From positions 520-64,519 of the forward strand of contig JAGGXJ010000074.1 of the NCBI GenBank assembly GCA_021163105.1: a stretch of 64,000 nt of DNA, in the 5' to 3' direction. Positions 8,701-18,154 of this stretch are shown here, piece after piece. The translations under genes and the position numbers were made by a program. This stretch comes from Syntrophobacterales bacterium (lineage in GTDB: Bacteria > Desulfobacterota > Syntrophia > Syntrophales > UBA2210). The notes beneath the pieces were generated by a model. The model did not search any database. It was not told the origin of the DNA and saw only the letters and a program-made list of their open reading frames with translations. The stretch's first letter is position 1, and every line of letters starts with the position of its first letter.

Positions 8701-9981
8701 ATGGAATCTGTTTGTATTGCGTACGCCGATGGATGCAGCAGGGCTGAAACCGAGATTGAACTGCTGGGCCAATACTTTGAGGCAAATGGGTTTAAACTGA
8801 AGGAGAGAATCGAAAACGCAGAGCTTGTACTGGTTTCAGCCTGTGGATTTGATCTGTGCTCGGAGAAAACCAGCATTAAGCTTTTACGTAAAGCTTTTAA
8901 GAAGAAAGGAGAGAAAGCGCGATTTGTGGTGACCGGTTGTCTGTCTGCTATTAACCGGGAAATAATTGTTGAAACTTTTGGCGATCAAGCCCTGTTGCTC
9001 CCTGCCCGATCTCTCGGAAAACTGGACGAGCTTATTTCAGCCAAGGTTCCGTTCAAGAAGATTATTGAGAAGGGTGATTTTTCCCGCAGCCTTGTTAAGA
9101 CCGATGTCAAACTGAGGAAAGAGCAGGCTGAATCAATCCTGGAATTTCCTCAAAGCTATAATCTGAAGGCTAAGAGAACATTCAGCAGTTTTGAAAGATT
9201 TATGGCGGCTCTTTTACTGACAAGGACGAAAATAGATGATCTGATTGCTCACTTTCCCAAGTGCCTGCAATTGCAATTCATCCGCCAGAGCCATCATCTT
9301 GTTCCTTCCCTGCTGCTGTCCCGGGGATGCCAGGGACAGTGCACCTATTGCGGGATACCCTCTGCTGTCGGTCCTCTGAAATCATTGCCTCTGGAGAGAA
9401 TCGCTGACAATTTTCGCTCTATTCTTGCACAGGGCAACAGGGTGATTGGCCTGGTGGCAACCGATGTTGGTTCATATGGGCAGGATAACGGGTCCAGTGT
9501 AGTGGAACTGTTCCAGAGATTGTTTGCTTTCGACGAAAAGTTTCAGTTGATCATAAATGATTTTAACCCGCGCTGGCTGGTTGAATATTCTGATGACCTT
9601 ATAGATCTTTTTGCCGCCAATGCGGATAAGATCGATTATATTCTCATGCCGATTCAGTCAGGTAGCGAAAAAATCCTCTCACTCATGAAACGGAGGCATA
9701 CGGCTTACGAGGTACGGGAGCATATGCTGGCCTTGAAAAAGGCTGTTCCGGGTATTCATATCGGTACACATGTCATGGTGGGTTTCCCTGGGGAAACAGA
9801 GGAAGATTTCAATGCCACACTTGATTTCTTGAAAACAATTAATTTTTATTACATGAAAGTGTTCAAGTATGATGACCGACCCCGGATTGAAGCGGCAAAG
9901 CTACCGGACAAGGTGCCGGAGAAGATCAAAAGGAGACGGCTACTGAAACTGATCCGGGAGTTCCATGAACTGGTGAAATAA
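8701..9981 (+). CDS. radical SAM enzyme with a methylthiotransferase-like N-terminal domain and no visible TRAM domain
   Basis: N-terminal Cys triad (ADGCSRAE, VSACGF, VTGCLS) and the radical SAM motif SRGCQGQCTYCGIP. The protein ends soon after the rSAM core. Confidence 0.7.
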   Translation: MESVCIAYADGCSRAETEIELLGQYFEANGFKLKERIENAELVLVSACGFDLCSEKTSIKLLRKAFKKKGEKARFVVTGCLSAINREIIVETFGDQALLLPARSLGKLDELISAKVPFKKIIEKGDFSRSLVKTDVKLRKEQAESILEFPQSYNLKAKRTFSSFERFMAALLLTRTKIDDLIAHFPKCLQLQFIRQSHHLVPSLLLSRGCQGQCTYCGIPSAVGPLKSLPLERIADNFRSILAQGNRVIGLVATDVGSYGQDNGSSVVELFQRLFAFDEKFQLIINDFNPRWLVEYSDDLIDLFAANADKIDYILMPIQSGSEKILSLMKRRHTAYEVREHMLALKKAVPGIHIGTHVMVGFPGETEEDFNATLDFLKTINFYYMKVFKYDDRPRIEAAKLPDKVPEKIKRRRLLKLIREFHELVK

Positions 9982-10012
9982 AAATCGTTTCGCGAACGTT
10001 CCGCCATCGCTG

Positions 10013-11167
10013 TTAAAGTCTCTTGTCGCGCATTAGAAAAGATGCCGCATATTGCCATACATCCAAAGAGTATTTGAGACACCGCCACGCAATGCGTCGG
10101 TGAAACGGCAAATGGCTGTCATAGACGGCGTCATATTCAATGCAGGACTCAGCGCCTCGAAACACCTTAAATGAACCAGCACCGGCGCTCAGGTTTAACA
10201 ACCGGCTACTCATTTCTGCTCTGGTCATCGTAGCCGAGAAATCCTGGCGATTTAATCCAACACTCAGAGGCATCCGCGTATCGTGCCCGCTAAAACCTGA
10301 TATCATGACTCTTTCGTTAGAATAACAACAGGAGAAGGCATCAATACTGCCATTCTTTTCCAACGCATGAATCTCTAATATTTTTTCTTTGAGCATCAGG
10401 CGGAAAAAATTCTCATTCAACTGAGGGTTAAAAAAAGAGTGTTTCTCCAGATAAAGATCACGGTATAATTTAGCCAGTACCGGGACATCGGTCTCGGCTA
10501 ACTGGTCGGCATCCACGATTTTATACCCCATTCTTTTTGATAAATTGCGATCGTGTTTCACGGTTTTATTTTTCCAATATGCCTTCCTGGTGGTATCCAG
10601 TATATAGATCTGTCGGCTTCGAACCATACTATAACCATTTTCCCGGAGAGAATCGAAAATCGTCTTACATGTGTATGTGTTGACAGACCGGAAGACAATT
10701 GCATAATCCGGATACCTGAGTTTTAAGGCGGATGTAATCGTCCCGACCTGTTCCGGAGACAATTCAAAACAGGGGTTCGTAGAAAGAAGCCAGTTATTTA
10801 CATATATAACTTTATCAACCCGGCCCGCTTTAAGAATCAGGGCAAAAGGCAGTGAGCATGCCTTCAGCAGCCATGCGATGGGACGGTTGTCTAATTTCTC
10901 GATCTCCTCTATAGCGTATTTCACATAATGTGTATAGATTGAGCACACATTTGAATTATGGTAATTTCTTTCGGCCAGCACAAGCGGCATCAGCACATCA
11001 TCTATTATCAGGGCCATCATTTTGACATTAGCATTATCCATGTAGAAGAGAGATCCGTTTTTAATGAAAGGCACCACATATCTTCTCGTAGAATCCGATT
11101 CCTCATTCACCGGCCAATCTATCGAATCCACATTATCTATATCGATAATTTGTATTGATGAAGCCAT
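10013..11167 (-). CDS. hypothetical protein, possibly a FemAB/BioF2-like GNAT-fold acyl/aminoacyl transferase
   Basis: A clean 384-aa ORF. The C-terminal half (LYRDLYLEKHSFFNPQLNENFF...LEIHALEKNGSIDAFSCCY) recalls Acetyltransf_6/FemAB-like proteins. This assignment is from memory only. Confidence 0.35.
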   Translation of the reverse strand: MASSIQIIDIDNVDSIDWPVNEESDSTRRYVVPFIKNGSLFYMDNANVKMMALIIDDVLMPLVLAERNYHNSNVCSIYTHYVKYAIEEIEKLDNRPIAWLLKACSLPFALILKAGRVDKVIYVNNWLLSTNPCFELSPEQVGTITSALKLRYPDYAIVFRSVNTYTCKTIFDSLRENGYSMVRSRQIYILDTTRKAYWKNKTVKHDRNLSKRMGYKIVDADQLAETDVPVLAKLYRDLYLEKHSFFNPQLNENFFRLMLKEKILEIHALEKNGSIDAFSCCYSNERVMISGFSGHDTRMPLSVGLNRQDFSATMTRAEMSSRLLNLSAGAGSFKVFRGAESCIEYDAVYDSHLPFHRRIAWRCLKYSLDVWQYAASFLMRDKRL

Positions 11168-11199
11168 GCAGCTTTCTCCTCGGATGTACCGAACTTGAT

Positions 11200-11973
11200 C
11201 TATATAGTAAATGAATCAAACAATCTGCGTTCCGCTTCCTCTTCAATCTTCGCGGTCACTTCCACAAAAGGTACCAGGGGCGAATTTTCCAGCTTGTTAC
11301 GCAACAATTCATCAATTTGAAAAATGCCGGCCGAGTTGGCCAGCTTGATTTCAATGCATACCGGTTTTTTTGTCCCCTTTATAATGTTCACACTATCCAC
11401 AGCCTGTGCGGACACTGAATGAATGTTTACCTTTCCCGCTTCAAAGGGAATCCGGGAACGACCCCCGGTAATGTCTGTCGCGTCGGCTACTTTGAGGGCG
11501 CCCGCTTCGATAGTAAGACATTTCTCATTTGCGTCATGGGCAATAATGGCGTGCAGGGTTTCAGATACCATTGTTGTCAAATCGGGTTCAATGTAAATTC
11601 CCTCCAACAATTCGCGTGCTTTGCGAAAGGCTATCAACAGGCTATACTTTTCATGGTTATCCCGGTGCACCGAAATCCCGGTATCGTGCAGGCAGGCCGC
11701 CACTACCACAATCAACTCCGCATCTTCGCTAGTTAAATCATGATGTGTTACTACACTTGGCTCAACACCATTCTCGACTAACAGCCGGATAATGCGTAGC
11801 GCGGCATTGGCAACAATACGAATATGCACCTCGCCGTGATCACTTATGCCTGAACGATCCACCGCATTGATATTCGCGCATCTCCAGAGTTGAAACAACT
11901 CCTGATCCGCGTTAATTTTATCTACCAGAGTTCGTAATTTTTTGTTTTTACGTAAGGGTATTTTAAATTCCAT
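11200..11973 (-). CDS. HD-domain metal-dependent phosphohydrolase
   Basis: 257 aa with DHGEVHIRIV ... AACLHDTG (H...HD signature). Confidence 0.7.
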   Translation of the reverse strand: MEFKIPLRKNKKLRTLVDKINADQELFQLWRCANINAVDRSGISDHGEVHIRIVANAALRIIRLLVENGVEPSVVTHHDLTSEDAELIVVVAACLHDTGISVHRDNHEKYSLLIAFRKARELLEGIYIEPDLTTMVSETLHAIIAHDANEKCLTIEAGALKVADATDITGGRSRIPFEAGKVNIHSVSAQAVDSVNIIKGTKKPVCIEIKLANSAGIFQIDELLRNKLENSPLVPFVEVTAKIEEEAERRLFDSFTI

Positions 11974-12262
11974 AGATATCCTTTCCAGGTATCTATAAGC
12001 CGCCGTAATAACATTTTCAATGGCTGGTCATACCGGCTTTTCTCGCCGGAATATCAAAATTTCTGACCGCAGTCACCACAATAAGATCCATTTTTATCAA
12101 TCAATTATAATAGTATATCATAGTACTGCATAATGCAAAGGGTCAGATGCATCCGTTGACATCACATTAAAATTTCTGATAGGAGAGTGGATACGCATAC
12201 AGCGTCAAATGTTTGCGGTACATCTCTGCCCTTCTTCTATCAATGGACAGGTAAAGGAAAAT

Positions 12263-13450
12263 ATGGATCAGATAATATCTGAGATTATAAGATTTACAGG
12301 TGCGGCAGAAGATCGCCTGTTTCCAACCACATACGGTCGAACGGCGCTTCTATTGGCGCTGAAGAGCGTTCCGGTGCGAGGCAGAGAAGTTATTCTTCCC
12401 GCGTTTACATGCCCGATTGCCGTTTTAGGTGCTGTAATCGAATCCGGAGGAATCCCTGTATTTGTTGATATTAATTTGAAAAACCTCAATTTTGACCTTA
12501 ATGATCTGCGCCGGAAGATCACCAAATCTACCGCGGCCATCATCTCTCACCACTATTTTGGTATGGCTAATCCTGAAGTCGCTATAAATGGACATATGGC
12601 AAGAAAACACGGCCTGATTCATATTGAAGATTGCACCCATTCACTGGGAGCACAATTCCAGGATTGTCCTGTTGGAAAGATCGGTGACCTCGCAGTATAC
12701 TCATTCTCCAAAAATATGATTTCTCCGCAGGGAGGTTTGCTGCAGTGTAATTCGGATGGATTAATAGAGAAAGTTCACACTCTGTATAACCAGAATTCCA
12801 CCGGCAGGATAACCGGATTGCTGGCTAATCTTGAATTCCTTACTTTTTTCTGCCGATTGTTGATCGTAAGAAAATTGTTTCAGTCGGTAAACACTCGCTT
12901 TAAACCAAATTCACTGCCTTACCGTGTTCCGCCTTTATTATATATGCCATTCAGGCTTGCAGATATCTTTTTGAAAACTCAACATTCCTCCGGCAGGTTT
13001 TATTACGTCAGCAAAGAAAATGTATTGAAAGACCCATCAACCGTCGTTATTAGAATGACCGATTTTCAAAAACATATCATTCGTAGCCGGATCGGACTGC
13101 TGCACCAAATGAATGCAAAAAGACGGGATATAGCTGAAAGGCTTAACGAGATCGTGCCCCCTTTTTTTCTCCAAGAAAAGGCTCAACGCTCTGTGTATAC
13201 AAATTATGTATTCTGCACTTATGATAAAGCCAGGGTGTTATCTCTGGCAAAGAAGGCAAGCATCCTCTTCACCGAAACCTGGCCGGCGAGAGGCAAATAC
13301 TGGAAAGAACAAAACACAAAGAATGTTGAGAGGCTCAAACGTGAAGTTCTTCTTCTGGGCATCTCTCCCTATTGGTCAGAAAAAGAAATCCGGGAAGTGG
13401 AAAACTTTTTTTATAAAAATAAAGACCTGTTTTTCAATCCCCCGGGTTAA
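12263..13450 (+). CDS. DegT/DnrJ/EryC1/StrS-family PLP-dependent aminotransferase-like protein
   Basis: TYGRTALLLALK, LPAFTCPIAV and DLAVYSFSKNMISPQGG (SFxxxK lysine). I prefer the ATG at 12263 (AAGGA upstream) over the track start at 12209. Confidence 0.7.
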   Translation: MDQIISEIIRFTGAAEDRLFPTTYGRTALLLALKSVPVRGREVILPAFTCPIAVLGAVIESGGIPVFVDINLKNLNFDLNDLRRKITKSTAAIISHHYFGMANPEVAINGHMARKHGLIHIEDCTHSLGAQFQDCPVGKIGDLAVYSFSKNMISPQGGLLQCNSDGLIEKVHTLYNQNSTGRITGLLANLEFLTFFCRLLIVRKLFQSVNTRFKPNSLPYRVPPLLYMPFRLADIFLKTQHSSGRFYYVSKENVLKDPSTVVIRMTDFQKHIIRSRIGLLHQMNAKRRDIAERLNEIVPPFFLQEKAQRSVYTNYVFCTYDKARVLSLAKKASILFTETWPARGKYWKEQNTKNVERLKREVLLLGISPYWSEKEIREVENFFYKNKDLFFNPPG

Positions 13451-13505
13451 AATCTTTTTGATTCCTGATCGGGCAGAGATAAAGAAGATCCTATATATTG
13501 CTCTC

Positions 13506-14204
13506 TTATTTCATTTCCAGGGCCAGATCTACCGCACTCTCCACATGTAATCTGGTGGTATCAAACAAAGTCACAGGTGTTTGATCCTGACCAACCAGCA
13601 ACGCGATCTCCGTACAGCCGAGGATGACCGCTTCGGCGCCTTCTGCCGCGAGTTTTTCAATTATCCGCAGATACTGATCTCTGGACTCTTCTTCAATTTT
13701 TCCCAGGCATAACTGGTTGTAGATTACATTATGAACTATCTCCCGATCAGATCGGTCGGGTATATATACTTTTAATCCATATTTGCTTTCCAACCGACCT
13801 TTATAAAACTCCTGTTCCATTGTAAATTTTGTGCCAAGCAGACCTACGGATTCTATCCCCTTAGATATAACCTTCTCAGCTGTAGCATCCGCAATATGCA
13901 GTAATGGGATATCAATGCTTTGCTCTATTTGGGGAGCCACCTTGTGCATTGTATTTGTACAAATAACCAGAAAATCGGCCCCGGCAGTCTCTAAACCTGA
14001 CGCCGCACGGCTCAAAATTTCAGCGGTTGAATCCCAGTCTCCCAGATGCTGTAATCTTTCAATCTCATCAAAATCAACGCTGTATAAGCATAGTTTTGCG
14101 GAGTGAAGCCCACCTAATCTGGCCTTTATACCTTCATTTATCATCCGGTAGTAAGTAACGGTTGATTCCCAGCTCATACCACCGATCAATCCTATTGTCT
14201 TCAT
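13506..14204 (-). CDS. aspartate/glutamate racemase family protein (aspartate racemase-like)
   Basis: 232 aa. MKTIGLIGGMSWESTVTYY plus the two Cys-containing motifs (VICTNTMH, ILGCTE). Confidence 0.85.
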   Translation of the reverse strand: MKTIGLIGGMSWESTVTYYRMINEGIKARLGGLHSAKLCLYSVDFDEIERLQHLGDWDSTAEILSRAASGLETAGADFLVICTNTMHKVAPQIEQSIDIPLLHIADATAEKVISKGIESVGLLGTKFTMEQEFYKGRLESKYGLKVYIPDRSDREIVHNVIYNQLCLGKIEEESRDQYLRIIEKLAAEGAEAVILGCTEIALLVGQDQTPVTLFDTTRLHVESAVDLALEMK

Positions 14205-14346
14205 ATGCCACGCATCCTTTACTCTTGCAGACCGACCCTGTAGGGCATGCCTGAATTTTGTCAGATTAATCCACTGATCGTGAGACGTTTCGCACCGGAT
14301 AGCAATTATTCAATATACAGTCTTCTAATACCAGATTCAAAATATC

Positions 14347-14376
14347 TTGACAACTAATATTCCGATTATATATAAG
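14347..14376 (+). promoter_or_regulatory. sigma70-like promoter (TTGACA-N16/17-TATATA/ATATAA)
   Basis: TTGACA at 14347-14352 with an AT-rich -10 at 14369-14376. It lies ~170 nt upstream of prmC. The -10 block ATTATATATAAG recurs at 14407-14418. Confidence 0.45.
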
Positions 14377-14544
14377 AATCTCAAACGGATAACGTTACTT
14401 TCCAATATTATATATAAGCGGGACAGGGCGATATAACACAAACCCCTTCCGATATAAACCCGGGGTTCAGCGCCATTTTGGTTGAAAAATTAATTTACAC
14501 CAATTGGAACCCAATCCATACTGATTTCTAATGGAAACCATCCT

Positions 14545-15396
14545 ATGAAGATTCAACAACTTCTGCAGCAGGCCAGATCGGATCTTGACGTCCGGGGATT
14601 ACCCACACCCGGGCTGGATGCGGAACTTCTGCTCGCGTTTTCTATTGACAGAGAACGTCATTTCCTTTATGCGCACCCCGCGAAGGAACTTTCCAGCATG
14701 GAACTGAAACAATTCCGCTCGCTGATCGCGAGGAGGATAAAGAAAGAACCGGTTGCCTATATTACCGGGAGAAAGGATTTCTGGTCGCTGGGAATTGAGG
14801 TCACTCCGGATGTACTGATACCGAGACCCGATACAGAGATTCTGATCGAGGAGGTGTTAAAGCTTTCCTTAAGGGAGGCGGAAAAGGGTCTCAGGATATT
14901 AGAGATCGGCACCGGAAGCGGGGCGATCAGCATCGCGCTTGCCTCCGAGCTTGAAGATGCTGCCATCACGGCCACGGATCTTTCCACTAAGGCTCTCGCG
15001 GTTGCCGCGAGAAACACCGTGAATAATAACGTGAAGGGAAAAATTTCATTTCTACGCGGAGATATGTTCGAACCCGTCGATGAAAAATTTGATATAATCG
15101 TTTCAAATCCTCCATATATCTCCGAGGGTGAATTCGAATTACTCACCGCTGAGGTCAGAGAGTACGAACCCCGCCGGGCGCTTGTCGCCGGTCCGGAGGG
15201 CACGGAATTTCACCGGAAACTCGCTCGTGACGGGAAGCGATTCCTGGAGAGAAACGGCTGGCTTGTCATGGAAATGGGTGCGGATCAGAGATTTGCCCTC
15301 GAGAAAATGCTGAAAGATAGAGATTATTGTGATATTACCTTTCGCTCAGATTATGCCGGGATAGAACGAGTCGCCATGGCGAAAAAGAGGGGATAA
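14545..15396 (+). CDS. prmC: peptide chain release factor N5-glutamine methyltransferase
   Basis: 283 aa with the SAM motif [12 protein letters not shown] and the catalytic NPPY. Confidence 0.9.
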   Translation: MKIQQLLQQARSDLDVRGLPTPGLDAELLLAFSIDRERHFLYAHPAKELSSMELKQFRSLIARRIKKEPVAYITGRKDFWSLGIEVTPDVLIPRPDTEILIEEVLKLSLREAEKGLRILEIGTGSGAISIALASELEDAAITATDLSTKALAVAARNTVNNNVKGKISFLRGDMFEPVDEKFDIIVSNPPYISEGEFELLTAEVREYEPRRALVAGPEGTEFHRKLARDGKRFLERNGWLVMEMGADQRFALEKMLKDRDYCDITFRSDYAGIERVAMAKKRG

Positions 15397-15400
15397 CAAG

Positions 15401-16651
15401 TTGGACAAAATTATCATAGATGGTGGAAAAAGGCTTGAAGGTGATGTCCCCGTAAGCGGCGCCAAAAACGCCGCTCTTCCTGTTATAGTGTCTTCACTTC
15501 TCACAGACGGGTGGAATGTCTTTCATAATGTTCCTGACCTTGCGGACATCGTGACGACAAAGAAACTCCTGGCCGGATTCGGGGCTGAGATTGAGGGAGA
15601 TGAGACGTTAAGGATTAACGCGGGAGAAATCACAAGTTGCGAGGCTCCCTATGATCTTGTCAGAACAATGAGGGCCTCGATCCTTGTTCTCGGACCACTG
15701 GTTGCAAGGATGGGCAGGGCTCGTGTTTCTCTTCCAGGCGGATGCGCCATAGGCGCCAGACCTGTAAACCTGCATCTGAAGGCCCTGCAGTCTATGGGAG
15801 CGGAGATAGACCTTCACGATGGATATGTGGAAGCCAGGGCCACAAGACTGAAGGGAACCACTATATATTTTGATATATCAACGGTGACAGGCACCGAAAA
15901 TATCATGATGGCCGCCTCGTTGGCTGAGGGAACGACGATCCTTGAAAACGCGGCGAGGGAACCGGAGGTCATAAATCTTGCCGATGTTTTGAAGGGCATG
16001 GGCGCGAAGATCAGAGGCGCGGGCACCGATATAGTGGAGATTGAGGGAGTAAAAACCCTCAGGCCGGTTGAAGCGGATATAATCCCTGACAGAATTGAAG
16101 CGGGAACATATATGATAGCGGCGGGGCTCACTGGAGGGAATATAAATATCCTCGGTTGCATACCGGCTCATCTCGACGCCGTGATAACCAGATTAAAAGA
16201 GACTGGCATGGAGATTACTCCGGTGGACGGAGGTCTCAAGGTCGTGGGTAACAGGAACATAACCAGTGTGGATGTAAAAACCCTTCCCCATCCCGGCTTT
16301 CCAACGGATCTTCAGGCGCAGATGATGGTGCTGATGTCTGTGAGCGGAGGTGTCAGCGTTATTAAAGAAACTGTGTTTGAAAACAGATTCATGCATGTAA
16401 ATGAGCTTACGAGAATGGGGGCGGATATAACTGTTGACGGCAACAGCGCCATTGTCAGGGGTGTTTCCCGACTTCGTGGCGCTCCGGTAATGGCGACGGA
16501 CCTGAGAGCCTCCGCCTCTCTCATCCTTGCCGGTCTGGTGGCCGAAGGCACGACTGAGATCTCAAGAATCTATCACATAGACAGGGGCTATGAACATATC
16601 GAAGAGAAACTTTCTTCTATTGGAGCTTACATAAGGAGGATTAAAGACTGA
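15401..16651 (+). CDS. murA: UDP-N-acetylglucosamine 1-carboxyvinyltransferase
   Basis: 416 aa, full-length MurA-like (GAKNAALPV, the active-site loop [12 protein letters not shown]). TTG start. Confidence 0.95.
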   Translation: MDKIIIDGGKRLEGDVPVSGAKNAALPVIVSSLLTDGWNVFHNVPDLADIVTTKKLLAGFGAEIEGDETLRINAGEITSCEAPYDLVRTMRASILVLGPLVARMGRARVSLPGGCAIGARPVNLHLKALQSMGAEIDLHDGYVEARATRLKGTTIYFDISTVTGTENIMMAASLAEGTTILENAAREPEVINLADVLKGMGAKIRGAGTDIVEIEGVKTLRPVEADIIPDRIEAGTYMIAAGLTGGNINILGCIPAHLDAVITRLKETGMEITPVDGGLKVVGNRNITSVDVKTLPHPGFPTDLQAQMMVLMSVSGGVSVIKETVFENRFMHVNELTRMGADITVDGNSAIVRGVSRLRGAPVMATDLRASASLILAGLVAEGTTEISRIYHIDRGYEHIEEKLSSIGAYIRRIKD

Positions 16652-16652
16652 A

Positions 16653-17948
16653 GTGAAGGTTATAAACACAAATGAAAGCTCTTTCGCGGTGGAACTCGAT
16701 CGTATAAGAAACAGGCGAAATATTGTCCCAAAAACTGTGGAAGATGTTGTATCCAAAATCCTGGATGACGTGGAGGTACGGGGAAATGAGGCACTCTTTG
16801 AGTATACGGAAAAGTTTGACGGCATTCTTCTCAACGCGGATACTGTTGAGATCTCTCCCGGTGAGATAGAGTCCGCATTTCGTGAAGTCAATGCCGCTGA
16901 CATAGATATTCTCAAGTTCTCTGCCGCAAGGATAGAAGAATTTCACAGACGACAGATTGAAGAATCATGGTCTTATTCAGATGGTGAGGGGGTAGAGTTA
17001 GGGCAGATCTTGCGTCCCCTTGAACGTGTCGGCATATATGCTCCGGGTGGTTTGGCGACATATCCATCTACGGTGCTGATGGCCGCATTGCCCGCCAGGA
17101 TCGCGGGTGTCGGGGAAATTGTCCTTGTCACTCCCGCGAAAGAGAGACGCGTGAACCCTGTGATGCTCGTTGCCGCGAGACTGTCCGGGGTAAATCGGAT
17201 ATTCAAAGTAGGCGGCGCTCAGGCTATAGCCGCTCTTGCCTGCGGCACAAAATCCGTTCCACGGGTGGACAAAATAGTCGGCCCGGGGAATATCTATGTG
17301 GCCACCGCGAAGAAGATGGTCTATGGAAAGACAGGGATAGACATGATAGCGGGTCCAAGTGAAATAGTTGTCATCTCCGATGGCATGTCGGAGCCGGAAG
17401 TAATTGCCGCCGATCTTCTGTCTCAGGCCGAGCATGACCCGATGGCCGGCGCCATTCTCCTTACGCCGGACAGAGAATTTGCCGGCATGGTTGCCGCAGA
17501 AGCCCGAATGCAGGCAAAAGAGCTGGAAAGTTCTGTGGCCACGGAGGCGCTGGAGAATTATGGCGCGGCAATCATAACTGCGGATATGGATGAGGCGATA
17601 GATATCGCGAACAGTCTCGCGCCGGAACATCTTGAACTGGCAGTGGAAAACCCTGAAGATTTTCTGAGCAGAATAACCAACGCGGGGGCGGTATTTTTAG
17701 GGCGGAATACTCCGGAAGTTCTGGGGGATTATATCGCGGGCCCGAATCATACACTCCCCACCGGGGGAACAGCGAGATTTTCTTCTCCCCTCGGGGTCTA
17801 CGATTTTATCAAAAGGATAAATGTAATATCCTTTTCCGGCAAAGCGCTCAAAAAACACGGGTTAAAGGCTGCCGGATTTGCCGATATTGAAGGTCTTGAA
17901 GCGCACAAGAAATCAATCATGGTAAGACTCAAGACAAAAAAATCTTGA
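16653..17948 (+). CDS. hisD: histidinol dehydrogenase
   Basis: 431 aa with LLSQAEHDP and the other typical HisD motifs. The GTG start is 1 nt after the murA stop. Confidence 0.9.
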   Translation: MKVINTNESSFAVELDRIRNRRNIVPKTVEDVVSKILDDVEVRGNEALFEYTEKFDGILLNADTVEISPGEIESAFREVNAADIDILKFSAARIEEFHRRQIEESWSYSDGEGVELGQILRPLERVGIYAPGGLATYPSTVLMAALPARIAGVGEIVLVTPAKERRVNPVMLVAARLSGVNRIFKVGGAQAIAALACGTKSVPRVDKIVGPGNIYVATAKKMVYGKTGIDMIAGPSEIVVISDGMSEPEVIAADLLSQAEHDPMAGAILLTPDREFAGMVAAEARMQAKELESSVATEALENYGAAIITADMDEAIDIANSLAPEHLELAVENPEDFLSRITNAGAVFLGRNTPEVLGDYIAGPNHTLPTGGTARFSSPLGVYDFIKRINVISFSGKALKKHGLKAAGFADIEGLEAHKKSIMVRLKTKKS

Positions 17949-17992
17949 CAAAAAGTACATGGTCGCCTAAAGGTCTGCGCAGGAATTATTGA

Positions 17993-18067
17993 GCGGGCGT
18001 AATTCAGGGGTAGAATGTCAGCTTCCCAAGCTGAATGTCGTGGGTTCGAATCCCATCGCCCGCTCCA
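17993..18067 (+). tRNA. tRNA-Gly (anticodon CCC)
   Basis: Acceptor GCGGGCG/CGCCCGC; D stem ATTC/GAAT; anticodon stem TCAGC/GCTGA with loop TTCCCAA; T arm GTGGG-TTCGAAT-CCCAT; discriminator T; encoded CCA. Confidence 0.9.
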
Positions 18068-18115
18068 ATTTTTTGGTTGCAAAAAAGTTTTTGCTGTGTT
18101 ATCAGCACCCAAGAA

Positions 18116-18137
18116 GTGGGCTTTGCCCGCTTTTTTT
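18116..18137 (+). terminator. rho-independent terminator after tRNA-Gly
   Basis: GTGGGC-ttt-GCCCGC followed by TTTTTTT. Confidence 0.6.
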
Positions 18138-18154
18138 ATTTTTTATGGTGCAAA

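Noticed and set aside
11972-11996. The inverted repeat ATAGATA-N11-TATCTAT overlapping the HD gene start codon.
   Set aside because: The arms are only 7 bp and AT-rich, so it could easily arise by chance in this AT-rich spacer.
18035-18154. The N-terminal extension of the rimP ORF given in the track.
   Set aside because: It reads through the tRNA-Gly gene and its terminator. The in-frame ATG at 18155 gives a normal RimP N-terminus.
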